Notes: generated by a model from the letters alone, not told the origin. A stretch of DNA of 64,000 bases from an uncultured Gammaproteobacteria bacterium (GCA_964424615.1 CAYRIU010000033.1:247-64246), one strand, 5' to 3'; shown: positions 27,844 through 38,186, numbered from the stretch's first letter. Made by a program: numbers and translations.

Positions 27844-28146
27844 TTATTCCGGCCCGGCGCTTTTTTTGCTACGACGAGCGGCTCTTTTGTTTTGGACCAT
27901 TTCCAAGATTTGCTGTCCGGTCTTCAATACTACGGTGAGGTAGGTGGCAATGTTGCTGGTCTTGTCTTTAAATTTTTCGATACTTTCTTCAATAGCGCTG
28001 ACGATTTTTTCTAGTCCAGTAGTCACACGATTGATAGCGTGTAGAGTTTTGGCTAGCTGATAAAACAGCCATGACAAAGTAGCGGCAACCAAAAATATGG
28101 AGATACTGAGCACAAAATTTAATACGTCTTTTGAAGTTTCGAACAT
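27844..28146 (-). CDS. small membrane-anchored coiled-coil protein (DUF948-like)
   Basis: N-terminal TM helix, helical body, basic tail; 100 aa. Confidence 0.35.
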   Translation of the reverse strand: MFETSKDVLNFVLSISIFLVAATLSWLFYQLAKTLHAINRVTTGLEKIVSAIEESIEKFKDKTSNIATYLTVVLKTGQQILEMVQNKRAARRSKKSAGPE

Positions 28147-28260
28147 GAAAGTATTTTTTAAGTGTTTAGCAAGCTAATTATAACATAATTTTTGAAGCGT
28201 TGCCAAATATTTGTATTGAGTGTGAATTTTTAGTATACTAATAGTATTAGTTATGTTTTA

Positions 28261-29139
28261 ATGATGGACTATTTTCAACCATTATCTCAAAAAGATTTAG
28301 ATCGTGGCATGTATTTTTTGCAACACAAAGCCCTTTTTATTCGTTTGGCTTGGGCTTTGGCTATTTTGATCATATTGAGCATTTATGGTGTTTTGGTTTT
28401 TAATCTAGTCAGCTATTTACGCGCCCCTAGCTGGTCTAATCTGGCACAGAGCATCAAAACTGATAGCTTGTGGTCGTCTTATCACTCTCAAAAAGCACCA
28501 CTAGATATAGAGCTTGGTCAGGCTCGCGCTTTGACTTTGGGTAATAGCGTCTATAATTTAGTTGCGACTATCAAAAATCCAAACAGTGATTGGTTGGTTT
28601 CATCTATGGACTATAGATTTATCGTCAATGGACAAAATCTACCTACTCGGACAGCTTTTTTGAATGCGGCTGATCAGCATCTATTATTACAGCTAGGATA
28701 CAAAACAGATTTGCCTGTTTCTAGCGTCAATGTAGAGATAGATAATATCCGCTGGCAGCGTTTGACTAGCGATACGCCGCAAATATCTTGGCCAATCACT
28801 GATGTCAAATATCAAGCAGCTGGCATGACACAAGTCGGTGGAGTGTTAGTCAATTTACCAGCGCAGGTCAGCTGGCAAGCTCAAAACAAATCACTGTTCA
28901 ATTTTTGGGAGGTGGCTTGGCAAGTAGCCTTATTTGATAATGACAATATTATCGGGGTAGCGGAGATCAATGAAAGAGATTTCAAATCTTTGGAGATTAG
29001 AAATATCGAAGCTACCTGGGCTTACAATTTACCTCGTGCTACTAGAGCTGAGGTTTGGCCAATCCTCAATTGGTTGGATAAAAATAATTTCAAATCTACT
29101 GAGCTGACTCCAGATAGTCAAGATAGACTAAGATTATGA
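28261..29139 (+). CDS. hypothetical membrane-anchored protein
   Basis: N-terminal signal anchor (LAWALAILIILSIYGVLVF) then extracytoplasmic region; stop overlaps the SEDS gene start. Confidence 0.4.
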   Translation: MMDYFQPLSQKDLDRGMYFLQHKALFIRLAWALAILIILSIYGVLVFNLVSYLRAPSWSNLAQSIKTDSLWSSYHSQKAPLDIELGQARALTLGNSVYNLVATIKNPNSDWLVSSMDYRFIVNGQNLPTRTAFLNAADQHLLLQLGYKTDLPVSSVNVEIDNIRWQRLTSDTPQISWPITDVKYQAAGMTQVGGVLVNLPAQVSWQAQNKSLFNFWEVAWQVALFDNDNIIGVAEINERDFKSLEIRNIEATWAYNLPRATRAEVWPILNWLDKNNFKSTELTPDSQDRLRL

Positions 29140-30230
29140 GGAATTTTTTATTTTCTTTGCGCCGTTTGGATTGGCTGCTTTTTTTCGCTATGCTTTTTTT
29201 GTTGTTTTTGAGCGCCAGTATTTTGTATAGTCTGAACCTCAATATAGAGGCTTCAGATTTTTTGATTTTCAGAAAACAAATTATTTTTATTTTGTTGGGC
29301 TTGTTTTTATTTTTTGTGGTCTCCAATATCAATTATCGTGTGTGGTTTACTTTTAGTAAGTTGATATACATTTTGTTTGCTTTGGTGCTGGTGGCAGTGG
29401 TAGTTTTTGGTAGAGAGCTCAAAGGTACCACTGGTTGGATCATCATCGGTCCTTTTAGCTTGCAACCTGTAGAGTTTGCCAAAGTAGCTTGTCTAGTTTT
29501 ATTGGCTCGATATTTTTCTGATAATGCCAGAGAATTTTATATGCTAAAACATATTATAATTTCTGGTTTGATAGTTTTATTTTATGTTGGCTTAGTCATG
29601 TTGCAGCCAGATTTGGGTTCAGCTTTGGTGATGGTCGGCATCTGGGTAGTGATGATTTTATTTACTGGTTTACCCAAAAAATATTTATTATGGTTGTTGG
29701 CTATTTTTGTGGTCACTGTGACCTGTGCTTGGTTTTTTGTTTTTGCTCCTTATCAAAAAGCTAGAATCATGGTTTTTTTGAATCCTGGTCTTGATCCTCA
29801 GGGTAGGGGCTACAATGTCTTGCAATCCATCACGGCTGTGGGTTCTGGCCAGCTTTTTGGTCGTGGTTTGTCTCTTGGTTCGCAGAGTAGTTTGCGTTTT
29901 TTGCCAGAGCCAGGGACTGACTTTATTTTTGCTGTTATTGCTGAAGATTTGGGGTTTTTTGGTGTTTTGCTGACAGTCGGGCTATTAGCTTTTATTATTT
30001 ATCGCCTTTTTGGCATCATGTCTTTATCACAGGATGATCAGGGCTCTTACCTGATTTTGGGTATTGTGGCTATGATTTTGGTCCAGTCTTTTATCAATAT
30101 AGGTATGAATATGGGCATATCCCCAGTGACCGGCATCCCTTTGCCCCTGGTTTCTGGTGGCGGTAGTTCCCTGTGGTCTATGATGATAGCCCTGGGTATG
30201 GTACAGAGTGTTTATGTGAGGAATAGGTAG
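29136..30230 (+). CDS. SEDS-family peptidoglycan polymerase (FtsW/RodA)
   Basis: 10-TM profile, conserved PEPGTDFIFAVIAEDLGFFG and GGSS motifs. Confidence 0.85.
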   Translation: MRNFLFSLRRLDWLLFFAMLFLLFLSASILYSLNLNIEASDFLIFRKQIIFILLGLFLFFVVSNINYRVWFTFSKLIYILFALVLVAVVVFGRELKGTTGWIIIGPFSLQPVEFAKVACLVLLARYFSDNAREFYMLKHIIISGLIVLFYVGLVMLQPDLGSALVMVGIWVVMILFTGLPKKYLLWLLAIFVVTVTCAWFFVFAPYQKARIMVFLNPGLDPQGRGYNVLQSITAVGSGQLFGRGLSLGSQSSLRFLPEPGTDFIFAVIAEDLGFFGVLLTVGLLAFIIYRLFGIMSLSQDDQGSYLILGIVAMILVQSFINIGMNMGISPVTGIPLPLVSGGGSSLWSMMIALGMVQSVYVRNR

Positions 30231-30296
30231 TATTGACTTTTAGCTGGTATTATGATTAAATAGTACCACTATATTTATTTTTTAAGAGCAAAAATT

Positions 30297-30956
30297 ATGT
30301 CCGAAATGAAATTAACCGTAAAAGCTAGAAGCAAAGGTAAGGCTAGTTTGTTGTCTTTCTTGAGAAACAACAGCAGTGTGCCCGGCGCTGTATATGGCTT
30401 GAAAAAAGAATCAGTTTTGTTTAGCGCTGACTATAATACTTTGGTAAAAGTTATTAATACTGCTGGCACTAGCCAAATTGTTGATTTGGATTTGGATGGC
30501 AAAACTATCCCAGGTATTATCCGTGAGTTTCAAAAAGATCCAGTGAGCGATAGGTTGATTCACGTTGATTTTTTGGCTGTTGATGAAAAACAGGAGTTTA
30601 CTACTATGGTACCATTGAAATTTAGTGGTACTTCCAAAGCTGTTCGTGAGCAAGGTGGTAAATTGGAAATCAAGAAACAATCTGTCAAAGTCCGCTGTTT
30701 ACCAAAAGATTTACCAGCTTTTATTGAAGTCAATTTGAGTGAATTGGCTGATATCGGTAGTGATATTACAGTAGAGCATTTAGTGGTATCCAAAGATGTC
30801 AAAATTTTGGATAATAAATTCGACAAAGTTGTAGACGTCATCGTGCCTAGAAAAGAAGTGATCACAACAGCTACTACTGCCGATGCTGCTGCTCCAGCTG
30901 CCGAAGGTGAAAAAGCTGCTACTGATGCTGCTGCTCCAGCTGAAGATAAAAAATAA
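30297..30956 (+). CDS. rplY: 50S ribosomal protein L25/general stress protein Ctc, with Ala/Glu-rich C-terminal tail
   Basis: N-terminal L25 fold (MSEMKLTVKARSKGKAS...AVYG) plus beta-barrel domain. Confidence 0.8.
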   Translation: MSEMKLTVKARSKGKASLLSFLRNNSSVPGAVYGLKKESVLFSADYNTLVKVINTAGTSQIVDLDLDGKTIPGIIREFQKDPVSDRLIHVDFLAVDEKQEFTTMVPLKFSGTSKAVREQGGKLEIKKQSVKVRCLPKDLPAFIEVNLSELADIGSDITVEHLVVSKDVKILDNKFDKVVDVIVPRKEVITTATTADAAAPAAEGEKAATDAAAPAEDKK

Positions 30957-30974
30957 TAATTTCTCAAATTTTCC

Positions 30975-32030
30975 ATGCTTAGTCGCCAAAGAAAAATTTA
31001 TTTGGCAATAACTGTCATTGTCTTGGCAGTTATTTTGATTTGTGCTGGATTGGTGAAATTATTTTTTAGTTCACGTCACAAAACTATCGATCAGCAAGAA
31101 ACGGGGCAGGATACGACTAGTACACAATACTCACCTCGTCATCCTCTCAGTGGACAAATAGTCAGCAATGAAAATTGGTCTTATTTTCCAGTAGCTATCA
31201 TGATCGACAACTCTTATACTGCTAGACCGCAAGCTGGATTGGCTCAGGCTGATATTATTTATGAAGCTTTGGCCGAGAGTAATATCACTAGATTGCTAGC
31301 TATCTTTGACAAAAATAATTCAGTAGAAAAAGTTGGACCAGTGCGTTCCGCTCGTCCATATTTTATGGACTGGGCCGAAGAGTATGGTGGTGTCTATGTC
31401 CATGTTGGTGGTAGTCCTCAAGCCTTGGCTGCTATCACAAAATATAATTTTACCAATGTTGATCAGATTGGTTCTGGTGAAATATATTTTTGGCGAGATC
31501 AAAAGTTAAAAGCACCAAGTAATGTTTTTACTTCTACGACCAACTGGTTGCGTATAGGGGAGATAAAAGAAGTAGCGACTCGCAATGCTAGCTCTAGTCT
31601 CAATATATTATGGCATTATATCGATGCCCCAGAGACAGATGAGACTATAGTCAAGCCAGAATTTACTATCAAATATTCTGAAGATTATTATAAAGTTGAT
31701 TGGCGTTTCAATGAAGCTCTACAGCAATATCAGCGTTGGCAAGGTGGTGAAAAATTTGTTTTTGATACTGGTGATCAGGCAGCCGTCAGCAATGTCGTAG
31801 TACAAATGGTAGACACCAAGTTGATTGATGTTGAGCGTCGATCTATGGACACTCACGAGGGTGGTAAGGTTTATATTTTTAATGCTTTGGGTAAGCAAAT
31901 AGGTCAATGGAAGTATATCAATAACCGCACTAGATTTTTTAATGAAGATGGTACTGTAGAATTGAATTTGTTGCCAGGCCATACTTGGGTGCAGATAGTA
32001 GATGATGAATCTAGACTAGAGATAAAATAA
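30975..32030 (+). CDS. hypothetical secreted/membrane-anchored protein (possibly DUF3048-like)
   Basis: N-terminal TM helix; conserved-looking SARPYFMDWAEEYGG segment. Family assignment tentative. Confidence 0.35.
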   Translation: MLSRQRKIYLAITVIVLAVILICAGLVKLFFSSRHKTIDQQETGQDTTSTQYSPRHPLSGQIVSNENWSYFPVAIMIDNSYTARPQAGLAQADIIYEALAESNITRLLAIFDKNNSVEKVGPVRSARPYFMDWAEEYGGVYVHVGGSPQALAAITKYNFTNVDQIGSGEIYFWRDQKLKAPSNVFTSTTNWLRIGEIKEVATRNASSSLNILWHYIDAPETDETIVKPEFTIKYSEDYYKVDWRFNEALQQYQRWQGGEKFVFDTGDQAAVSNVVVQMVDTKLIDVERRSMDTHEGGKVYIFNALGKQIGQWKYINNRTRFFNEDGTVELNLLPGHTWVQIVDDESRLEIK

Positions 32031-32080
32031 AAAAAACATCCGCCATCCGCCAAGCGGTGGAAGCAGATGTTTTTTTATTT
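32029..32080. terminator. GC-rich terminator carrying the CCGCCATCCGCCAA-N-CGG.GGA core module
   Basis: A8-CATCCGCCATCCGCCAAGCGGTGGAAGCAGATG-T7; lies between convergent genes; shares its core with terminators at 38187 and 42856. Confidence 0.55.
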
Positions 32081-32746
32081 ATGTTCAATTTTTAAGAGGC
32101 GAGATTTATTAGAAAGGTCTTTGATGATTTGTAGTTTAGTTTTTGGTAAAAATTTTTCAGCTATTTTTTGTATGGTGAGCTCCTGTTCAGGGTCTATCTC
32201 CAGTAATATCAAATATTTTTTATTTAAATACTTTGGTAATTGTTTTAGTAATTTTTCATAAAAATATAGACCATTATTTCCACCATAAAGAGCGTTGCGC
32301 GGCTCTTTTTTTATACTTGGTTCTTTGAGCTGATCTTGAGTCAGGTATGGTAAGTTGGCTAGCACCACATCAAATGTGCCAGGCTCTACATTTTGTAATA
32401 AATTGGATTTATAAAATGTAATTTGTTTTTTTAGAGCATGTTTTCTAGCATTAGTTTTGGCTACTTTGAGTGCCTGACCAGAGTTGTCTGCAGCATAAAA
32501 CTTAGCTGGATTTTTATAATTTTTGGCTAGAGATATGATGAGGCAAGCACTGCCAGTGCCTATGTCTATTATTTTTGGTAGAGATATTTTATTGTTTTGT
32601 AAATATTTGATAGCTTCTTCTATCATGATTTCGCTATCAGGGCGGGGGATGAGAGTATGTTTGCTGACCAAAAAATTCAAACCATAAAATTCTTTGTTGC
32701 CTAGCAAGTAGGCAACACTATAATTATTTTGGCGTCTATCTACCAA
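32075..32746 (-). CDS. prmC: release factor glutamine N5-methyltransferase (PrmC/HemK)
   Basis: IIDIGTGSACLII SAM motif and NLPY-type motif (LANLPYL); adjacent to prfA. Confidence 0.75.
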   Translation of the reverse strand: MVDRRQNNYSVAYLLGNKEFYGLNFLVSKHTLIPRPDSEIMIEEAIKYLQNNKISLPKIIDIGTGSACLIISLAKNYKNPAKFYAADNSGQALKVAKTNARKHALKKQITFYKSNLLQNVEPGTFDVVLANLPYLTQDQLKEPSIKKEPRNALYGGNNGLYFYEKLLKQLPKYLNKKYLILLEIDPEQELTIQKIAEKFLPKTKLQIIKDLSNKSRLLKIEHK

Positions 32747-32907
32747 TCTTCAGAAAGTTGATTGACTAGAACGATTTAATATTTTGTCGGGATTTTTGTA
32801 GAGATAGTTTAGCGAACGATGTAGGCTTTTGGCCATTAGCAATTCTATATCTTCTAGTGGTATGAGAGGATATTTTTTTTGAGCAGTTTGTAGTATTTGA
32901 TGGATGG

Positions 32908-33960
32908 TCATGAATTTGCACGAGCTGCTTGTTGCAGCGGGGTGATGACTGGCAAGAGGTCGCCATCTAGGATCATAGCTAGGTTGTGTAATGTGAGCTT
33001 GATCCTATGATCAGTCAATCTATCTTGAGGAAAATTGTAAGTACGGACTTTTTCGCTACGATCGCCAGAGCCTACCTGATTTTTTCTTTCGGCAGCAAGC
33101 TTTTCATGATGATCGGCTTCCATCTTATCTAGTATTCTAGATCGTAAGATCGCCATGGCTTTTTCTTTGTTTTGGCCTTGGGATTTTTCATCTTGGCAGG
33201 AGACTACTGTACCAGTAGGTAGATGGGTGATGCGAACTGCGGACTTGGTAGTATTGACTGATTGACCGCCGTGTCCAGAGGCACAAAAAGTGTCAATGCG
33301 TATGTCTTTTGCTTCGATGACTAGATCTACTTCTTCAGCCTCTGGCATGACAGCGACTGTCGCTGCTGAGGTGTGGACGCGACCAGCTTTTTCAGTCTCT
33401 GGTACGCGTTGGACGCGATGGACACCACTTTCAAATTTGAGATTTTTGTAGACATTATCGCCAGTGATTTCGGCGATGATTTCTTTAAAGCCTCCTAAGC
33501 CTGTACGATTGGATGACAAGATTTTGACTTGCCAGCCCATTTTTTCAGCAAAGCGAGCATACATACGATATAGTTCAGCTGCAAAGATAGCGGACTCGTC
33601 TCCACCAGTACCGGCGCGTATTTCTAAAATAATATTACGCTTGTCCCTGGGGTCCAAGGGATGGATGATTTCATCTAGCTCAAAAGTATCTTTGGACAGC
33701 TGTTGTTGTAGTTGGTCGATTTCTTCTTGAGTCATGACTATCATTTCTTCATCACTTTCTTTGCTCAGTGAGGCTTGCAAACTTTCTAGATCAGATTTTG
33801 TCTTATTGATTTTTTCAGACAAATCGAAAATATACTTGGTTTCACTATATTTTTTACCAAGCTCTATGATTTTTTTGCTGTCAGACATGACTTCTGGTAG
33901 CTGCATCTCAGCTTCCATTGTCTGTAAGTCTTTTGTTAGTTGTTCTATATTGTTTTCCAT
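32908..33960 (-). CDS. prfA: peptide chain release factor 1
   Basis: GGQ motif ([10 protein letters not shown]), PxT-type recognition region, 350 aa. Confidence 0.9.
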   Translation of the reverse strand: MENNIEQLTKDLQTMEAEMQLPEVMSDSKKIIELGKKYSETKYIFDLSEKINKTKSDLESLQASLSKESDEEMIVMTQEEIDQLQQQLSKDTFELDEIIHPLDPRDKRNIILEIRAGTGGDESAIFAAELYRMYARFAEKMGWQVKILSSNRTGLGGFKEIIAEITGDNVYKNLKFESGVHRVQRVPETEKAGRVHTSAATVAVMPEAEEVDLVIEAKDIRIDTFCASGHGGQSVNTTKSAVRITHLPTGTVVSCQDEKSQGQNKEKAMAILRSRILDKMEADHHEKLAAERKNQVGSGDRSEKVRTYNFPQDRLTDHRIKLTLHNLAMILDGDLLPVITPLQQAARANS

Positions 33961-34042
33961 ATTTTTTTAGATTTTGTTCGAATATATTTTTTTGTTCGAG
34001 CGCAGTAGAGAACTCGAATCTAGTTGAAGATTTAATATGTTA

Positions 34043-34519
34043 TTATACTGATTTTTTCCTACCTCGTTTGATTTGTTCAACACACTCATGTTGAAGTAAT
34101 ACATTTTCAATACTTACTTTATTTTTTGATTTTTTAGCAATATCAAACACCGTCAAATATGGATCCATATTTTTTTCGGCAGGAGCACCAAAATAAAAAT
34201 GAGTAATACCAGCTTTAATAGCAGCAGATAGACACATTGAGCACGATTCTGCGTTGCTAATAATATAATATTTTTTTAAAATTCTAGTTTTTAGTTTTTT
34301 GCCAGCTTTGCGTAAAAGATTTATTTCAGCATGGGCGGTCGGGTCATTATCGGTTTTTGAGGTATTGTGGGCTACTGCTACAATTTTGCCATTTTTATCT
34401 GATAAGATAGCACCAAAAGGAGAATTATTTTTTTTAATTCCTTTTTCAGCTTCAGCCATCGCTAGTCTTATTAAATGTTCTTTAGTTTGTTTATTCATAT
34501 TATTTATAGTTAGGCCCAT
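34043..34519 (-). CDS. tRNA-specific adenosine deaminase-like (CDA-fold nucleoside deaminase)
   Basis: HAEINLL...CSMCLSAA zinc-binding deaminase motifs. Confidence 0.65.
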   Translation of the reverse strand: MGLTINNMNKQTKEHLIRLAMAEAEKGIKKNNSPFGAILSDKNGKIVAVAHNTSKTDNDPTAHAEINLLRKAGKKLKTRILKKYYIISNAESCSMCLSAAIKAGITHFYFGAPAEKNMDPYLTVFDIAKKSKNKVSIENVLLQHECVEQIKRGRKKSV

Positions 34520-34616
34520 ATCTATATAGGGATGAATATACTAATTATACCAAAAAATTTTATCCTAACAAAAAAACTCCTATTAAAAAAAGAGTTTTTT
34601 GTTACTTAGAGAGTAG

Positions 34617-34985
34617 CTATTTTTTAGTAGTAGATTTTTTGGTAGTCTTGGCTGCGGCTTTTTTAAGTTTGACTTCTGGAGCATTCATTTCAGCCTTAGC
34701 TTTGGCACGCTCTTTTTCTAGTTTTTTAGCAGTAGAAGCTTGACGTTTGGCTGTGCGACCACGACGAGTGGCGCCAACAGTTTTCTGTAGCTCTTTCATC
34801 TTTTTGAATCTATCGACACGACCAGCAGTATCTATAAGCTTTTCTTTACCAGTATAAAAAGGATGGCAAGCAGAACAGATTTCCACACGGATTTCTTTGA
34901 GAGTGGATCCAGTGGTCATGATATTGCCACAAGCGCAAATAATTTTGGCATCAGAATAATAATTTGGGTGTATTTCTTTTTTCAT
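34617..34985 (-). CDS. rpmE: 50S ribosomal protein L31 with long Lys/Ala-rich C-terminal extension
   Basis: [10 protein letters not shown]...CACGN...[12 protein letters not shown]31 zinc-ribbon signature. Start at the internal Met; the upstream ORF extension likely reflects the leader. Confidence 0.8.
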   Translation of the reverse strand: MKKEIHPNYYSDAKIICACGNIMTTGSTLKEIRVEICSACHPFYTGKEKLIDTAGRVDRFKKMKELQKTVGATRRGRTAKRQASTAKKLEKERAKAKAEMNAPEVKLKKAAAKTTKKSTTKK

Positions 34986-35197
34986 AATAAATTTTTTCCC
35001 TATAAAATTTGGGAGTTTTTCTAATAAATGCCCCCACACAATATCAAAATATAAAGAAAATGTCAAGATTTATGATTTGGCTTATTTTTAGCTTTTTTTG
35101 GCCTTTCTTTATATCAAGTGAAACCCTTGCCAAATACAAACTTTTGTGTTAATATGTCCCTACCTTTAAGGTTTATTTGAGCCTTAATTTTAATTAA

Positions 35198-35253
35198 TTC
35201 ACCCTGTTAAATGCCCGCTATGCGGGCAACCCGAAGGGTTATTTAACAGGGAC
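35198..35253. mobile_element. 56-bp MITE-like solo element: the same 15-bp terminal inverted repeats as the GIY-YIG element at 39213, enclosing only a 28-nt GC hairpin
   Basis: TTCACCCTGTTAAAT (35198-35212) ... GCCCGCTATGCGGGCAACCCGAAGGGTT ... ATTTAACAGGGAC (35241-35253). The 17-nt AATTCACCCTGTTAAAT is identical to the left end at 39211. Sits in the rpsB 5' leader. Confidence 0.65.
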
Positions 35254-35377
35254 ATCAAGTATTTTGTCTTTTAGTCCAAGATCCTTCTCTCATAAAAGAG
35301 AGCGCTTGGGCCACAAAATACGGGTTTATATCCACCAATGTTCAATGCTTGGCGGATTAAAGAAAGGAAAGAATAAT

Positions 35378-36067
35378 ATGGTTACTATTCCCTCATTAGA
35401 GGAATTGTTGAAGAAGGGTGTCCATTTTGGTCACAAGACTTCCAAACGTCATCCCAAAGCTAGTCGCTACATTCACACTGATCGTAATGGTGTGCATATC
35501 ATCGACTTGCAAAAAACTGTCGACTCCTTACCAATGGTTTTGCAATTTGTTGAAAAGATTGTCAAAGCCAATGGTCAGATTTTGTTTATCGGTTCCAAAA
35601 AACAAGCTCGCGAAATTGTAAAAAATGCTGCTGAATCTTGCCAATCACCATACATCATTGGTCGTTGGTTGGGTGGTACTTTTACCAATTTTGAAAACAT
35701 CGTCAAATTGACTCGCAAGTTAGAGAAAATGGAAAAAGACGAGGAAGATGGTGTCTGGGAGCTTTATACCAAAAAAGAACAAGTCAATTTTCGTAAAGAA
35801 CTAAATAAATTGAGAGAGAATGTCGGTGGCATCAAGGCTATGAAACGTCTACCACAAGCTATCTATGTGGTGGATATCATCAAAGAAAAAACTGCTGTCA
35901 GCGAAGCTCGCAAGATGAATATTCCTATCATTGCTATGACTGATACCAATGTCAATCCAGAGTTGGTCACTCATGCAATACCTGCCAATGATGACGCTAT
36001 CAAATCTATAGAGACTATCACCAATCTATTGGCAGAAACCATCAAAGAGGCTAAGGCTACAAAATAA
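35378..36067 (+). CDS. rpsB: 30S ribosomal protein S2
   Basis: MVTIPSLEELLKKGVHFGHKTSKRHPK... canonical S2; start at the internal Met. Promoter TTGCCA-17-TAATAT at about 35119-35148. Confidence 0.9.
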   Translation: MVTIPSLEELLKKGVHFGHKTSKRHPKASRYIHTDRNGVHIIDLQKTVDSLPMVLQFVEKIVKANGQILFIGSKKQAREIVKNAAESCQSPYIIGRWLGGTFTNFENIVKLTRKLEKMEKDEEDGVWELYTKKEQVNFRKELNKLRENVGGIKAMKRLPQAIYVVDIIKEKTAVSEARKMNIPIIAMTDTNVNPELVTHAIPANDDAIKSIETITNLLAETIKEAKATK

Positions 36068-36108
36068 AATATTATATTAGTTAGCTGTAATTAAAATAAA
36101 ATTATATT

Positions 36109-36885
36109 ATGTCAAATTTAGAATTAGTTAAAAAAATCCGCCAAGCCACTGGTGCTGGTATGTCAGATATTAACAAAGCTTTAGCAGAAGCCAATGGTGA
36201 TGAAGCCAAAGCTGTAGAAATATTACGCAAAGCTGGACAAAAGATTGCCGCCAAAAAGGCTGATCGTGAAATCAAAGAAGGTGCCATTGCTTTTGCTGAA
36301 GATGCTGGCAAATTAGCTGTAGTAGCTTTGGGCTGTGAAACTGATTTTGTAGCTCGCAACCCAGATTTTATCGCCCAGGTCCAAGAGCTCGCCAATGAAT
36401 TATTAAAACGAGGCAAGGATGATTTTAGTGTTTGGGCCAATGACAAAATTCAAAATGATTTGATTGTCAAAATTGGTGAAAATTTACAGCTAGTGAGTTT
36501 TGAGTTGATAGAATCAGCTGTCATGGGTCACTATCTACACTCCAATCGTAAAGTCGCTGCTGTAGTCACTTTGAAATCTGGTACTCAGGAAATTGCTAGG
36601 GATATTGCTATGCATGCCGCTGCTATGTCACCAAAGTATTTACAGCCAACCGAAGTACCAGCTGAGCTAGTTGATAAAGAAAAAGAGATCTATACCGAGC
36701 AATTGAAGAATGAAGGTAAGCCAGAAGCCATGTGGGATAAGATTATACCTGGTAAGGTTGCTAAGTTTTATTCTGAGATTTGTTTGCTTCAGCAAGCCTA
36801 TGTCAAAGATGATAAGCAGAGCGTTGAGCAATATCTGAAAGCCAACAACGCCGAGATTGATAAATATTTTTACTTCTCATTATAA
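36109..36885 (+). CDS. tsf: elongation factor Ts
   Basis: N-terminal UBA-like MSNLELVKKIRQATGAGMSDINKALAEANGD... and dimerisation domain; follows rpsB. Confidence 0.9.
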   Translation: MSNLELVKKIRQATGAGMSDINKALAEANGDEAKAVEILRKAGQKIAAKKADREIKEGAIAFAEDAGKLAVVALGCETDFVARNPDFIAQVQELANELLKRGKDDFSVWANDKIQNDLIVKIGENLQLVSFELIESAVMGHYLHSNRKVAAVVTLKSGTQEIARDIAMHAAAMSPKYLQPTEVPAELVDKEKEIYTEQLKNEGKPEAMWDKIIPGKVAKFYSEICLLQQAYVKDDKQSVEQYLKANNAEIDKYFYFSL

Positions 36886-36922
36886 GAAAAAAGCCACCCT
36901 ATTTGTCGGGGTGGTTTTTTGG
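36886..36922 (+). terminator. intrinsic terminator after tsf
   Basis: AAAAAAGCCACCC-TATTTGTCG-GGGTGGTTTTTTGG. Confidence 0.65.
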
Positions 36923-36955
36923 TATACTTAGGATGTTTAATATTAAATTGAAAGT

Positions 36956-38179
36956 ATGGAAAAACAAAAATTTCAACTTAGTCTAAAAAGAAGCTTAATA
37001 CTCATTACTTTTCTCAGCGTCTTTTTAATTATTTTTATGAGTGTAGCAAACTATAAAAATGTTAATAATTATAATTATTTATCTGGTAAACAGCAGAATA
37101 ATAATGTTAATACGGATGTTCCAACTAATTTAAATGTTAATACTCCAGTCAGTACCACTACTAATAATAGCGAAAAGAATAAAAGTGATGAATGGTTTTT
37201 GTATACGAATATAAGATATGGTTTGCAGTTTGTATACCCGGGTTACTGGACTCCATCTGGTAGTGCCGAAACAGGCTATTATCAGCTCTTAGAAGACAAA
37301 GAATGGGGTGCTTCCGGTGGTGCTTTTATTAAACCCCTTGTTAAACAATCCGTTGATTCATTGCTAGTTGATCTGCAAAAGAGAGCCGAACAATCACGGA
37401 AATATTATCAAGAGCATCCAGATGGACCAGCGACTAAATACGGCGAACCGGAGTTAATTACTATAGCTGGCGAAACAGCAATAAAACAGATTTATCAACC
37501 TTATGAAATTACACCATCTGGTGTGATGTATTTTTTCCCGAACAAAGGTGTTGAAATAGATTTGACTAATTTGTATAGCTCTGGTAGCGATGTTGAACAA
37601 TATACCAATCTTGTTCATAGTAAAATATTAACATCTTTAAAATTTTTAGGTAAATTAACCTATCTAGACTATGGCTATTATTCAGATGGTAAGGATATTT
37701 ATTATAATCATTTAGAATTTATTAAAAATATTTCAAGTAAAGAATTAGAAAACTTTGATCATTTTGCGGAAAAAAATAGGAGTTTTTTTGATGACAGTAG
37801 TGCATTTATAGTAGTGGGTGTAGATCTGAATAGTTTTGTGACTCTTAATAAAATATGTGGTATGGGTGGATGTGAAGGTGTGGCAAAAGATAAAAATTAT
37901 ATATATGTCGGTAATATGCCGTACAGTACGCCAGAATACGGTCTTAGTAAGGCAGATGTAAAAACATTTCAATATCTAAAATATAATTTTTATAAAGATA
38001 AAAATGCCTTATATTATTATGGTTATGGATGGGGTAGAGCAGATTTTGTAGATTTAGATACTTTTGAATTTATAGACCACATGTACAGCAAAGATAAAAA
38101 TAATGTTTATCAATTTATGGACGGTTTTAATATAGTTAAAGGTGCTGATCCAAAAACTTTTAAAGTGCCAGTATATTAA
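36956..38179 (+). CDS. secreted/membrane-anchored DKNYY-repeat family protein
   Basis: N-terminal TM anchor, Asn-rich linker, C-terminal repeats of DKN.(I/V)YY type (GKDIYYNH, DKNYIYVGN, DKNALYYYG, DKNNVYQF). Confidence 0.5.
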   Translation: MEKQKFQLSLKRSLILITFLSVFLIIFMSVANYKNVNNYNYLSGKQQNNNVNTDVPTNLNVNTPVSTTTNNSEKNKSDEWFLYTNIRYGLQFVYPGYWTPSGSAETGYYQLLEDKEWGASGGAFIKPLVKQSVDSLLVDLQKRAEQSRKYYQEHPDGPATKYGEPELITIAGETAIKQIYQPYEITPSGVMYFFPNKGVEIDLTNLYSSGSDVEQYTNLVHSKILTSLKFLGKLTYLDYGYYSDGKDIYYNHLEFIKNISSKELENFDHFAEKNRSFFDDSSAFIVVGVDLNSFVTLNKICGMGGCEGVAKDKNYIYVGNMPYSTPEYGLSKADVKTFQYLKYNFYKDKNALYYYGYGWGRADFVDLDTFEFIDHMYSKDKNNVYQFMDGFNIVKGADPKTFKVPVY

Positions 38180-38186
38180 TACATAG

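Noticed and set aside
36102-36446. ORF 36102-36446 minus strand inside tsf
   Set aside because: Antisense of a well-supported tsf reading frame. Ala/Ser-rich, no start context.
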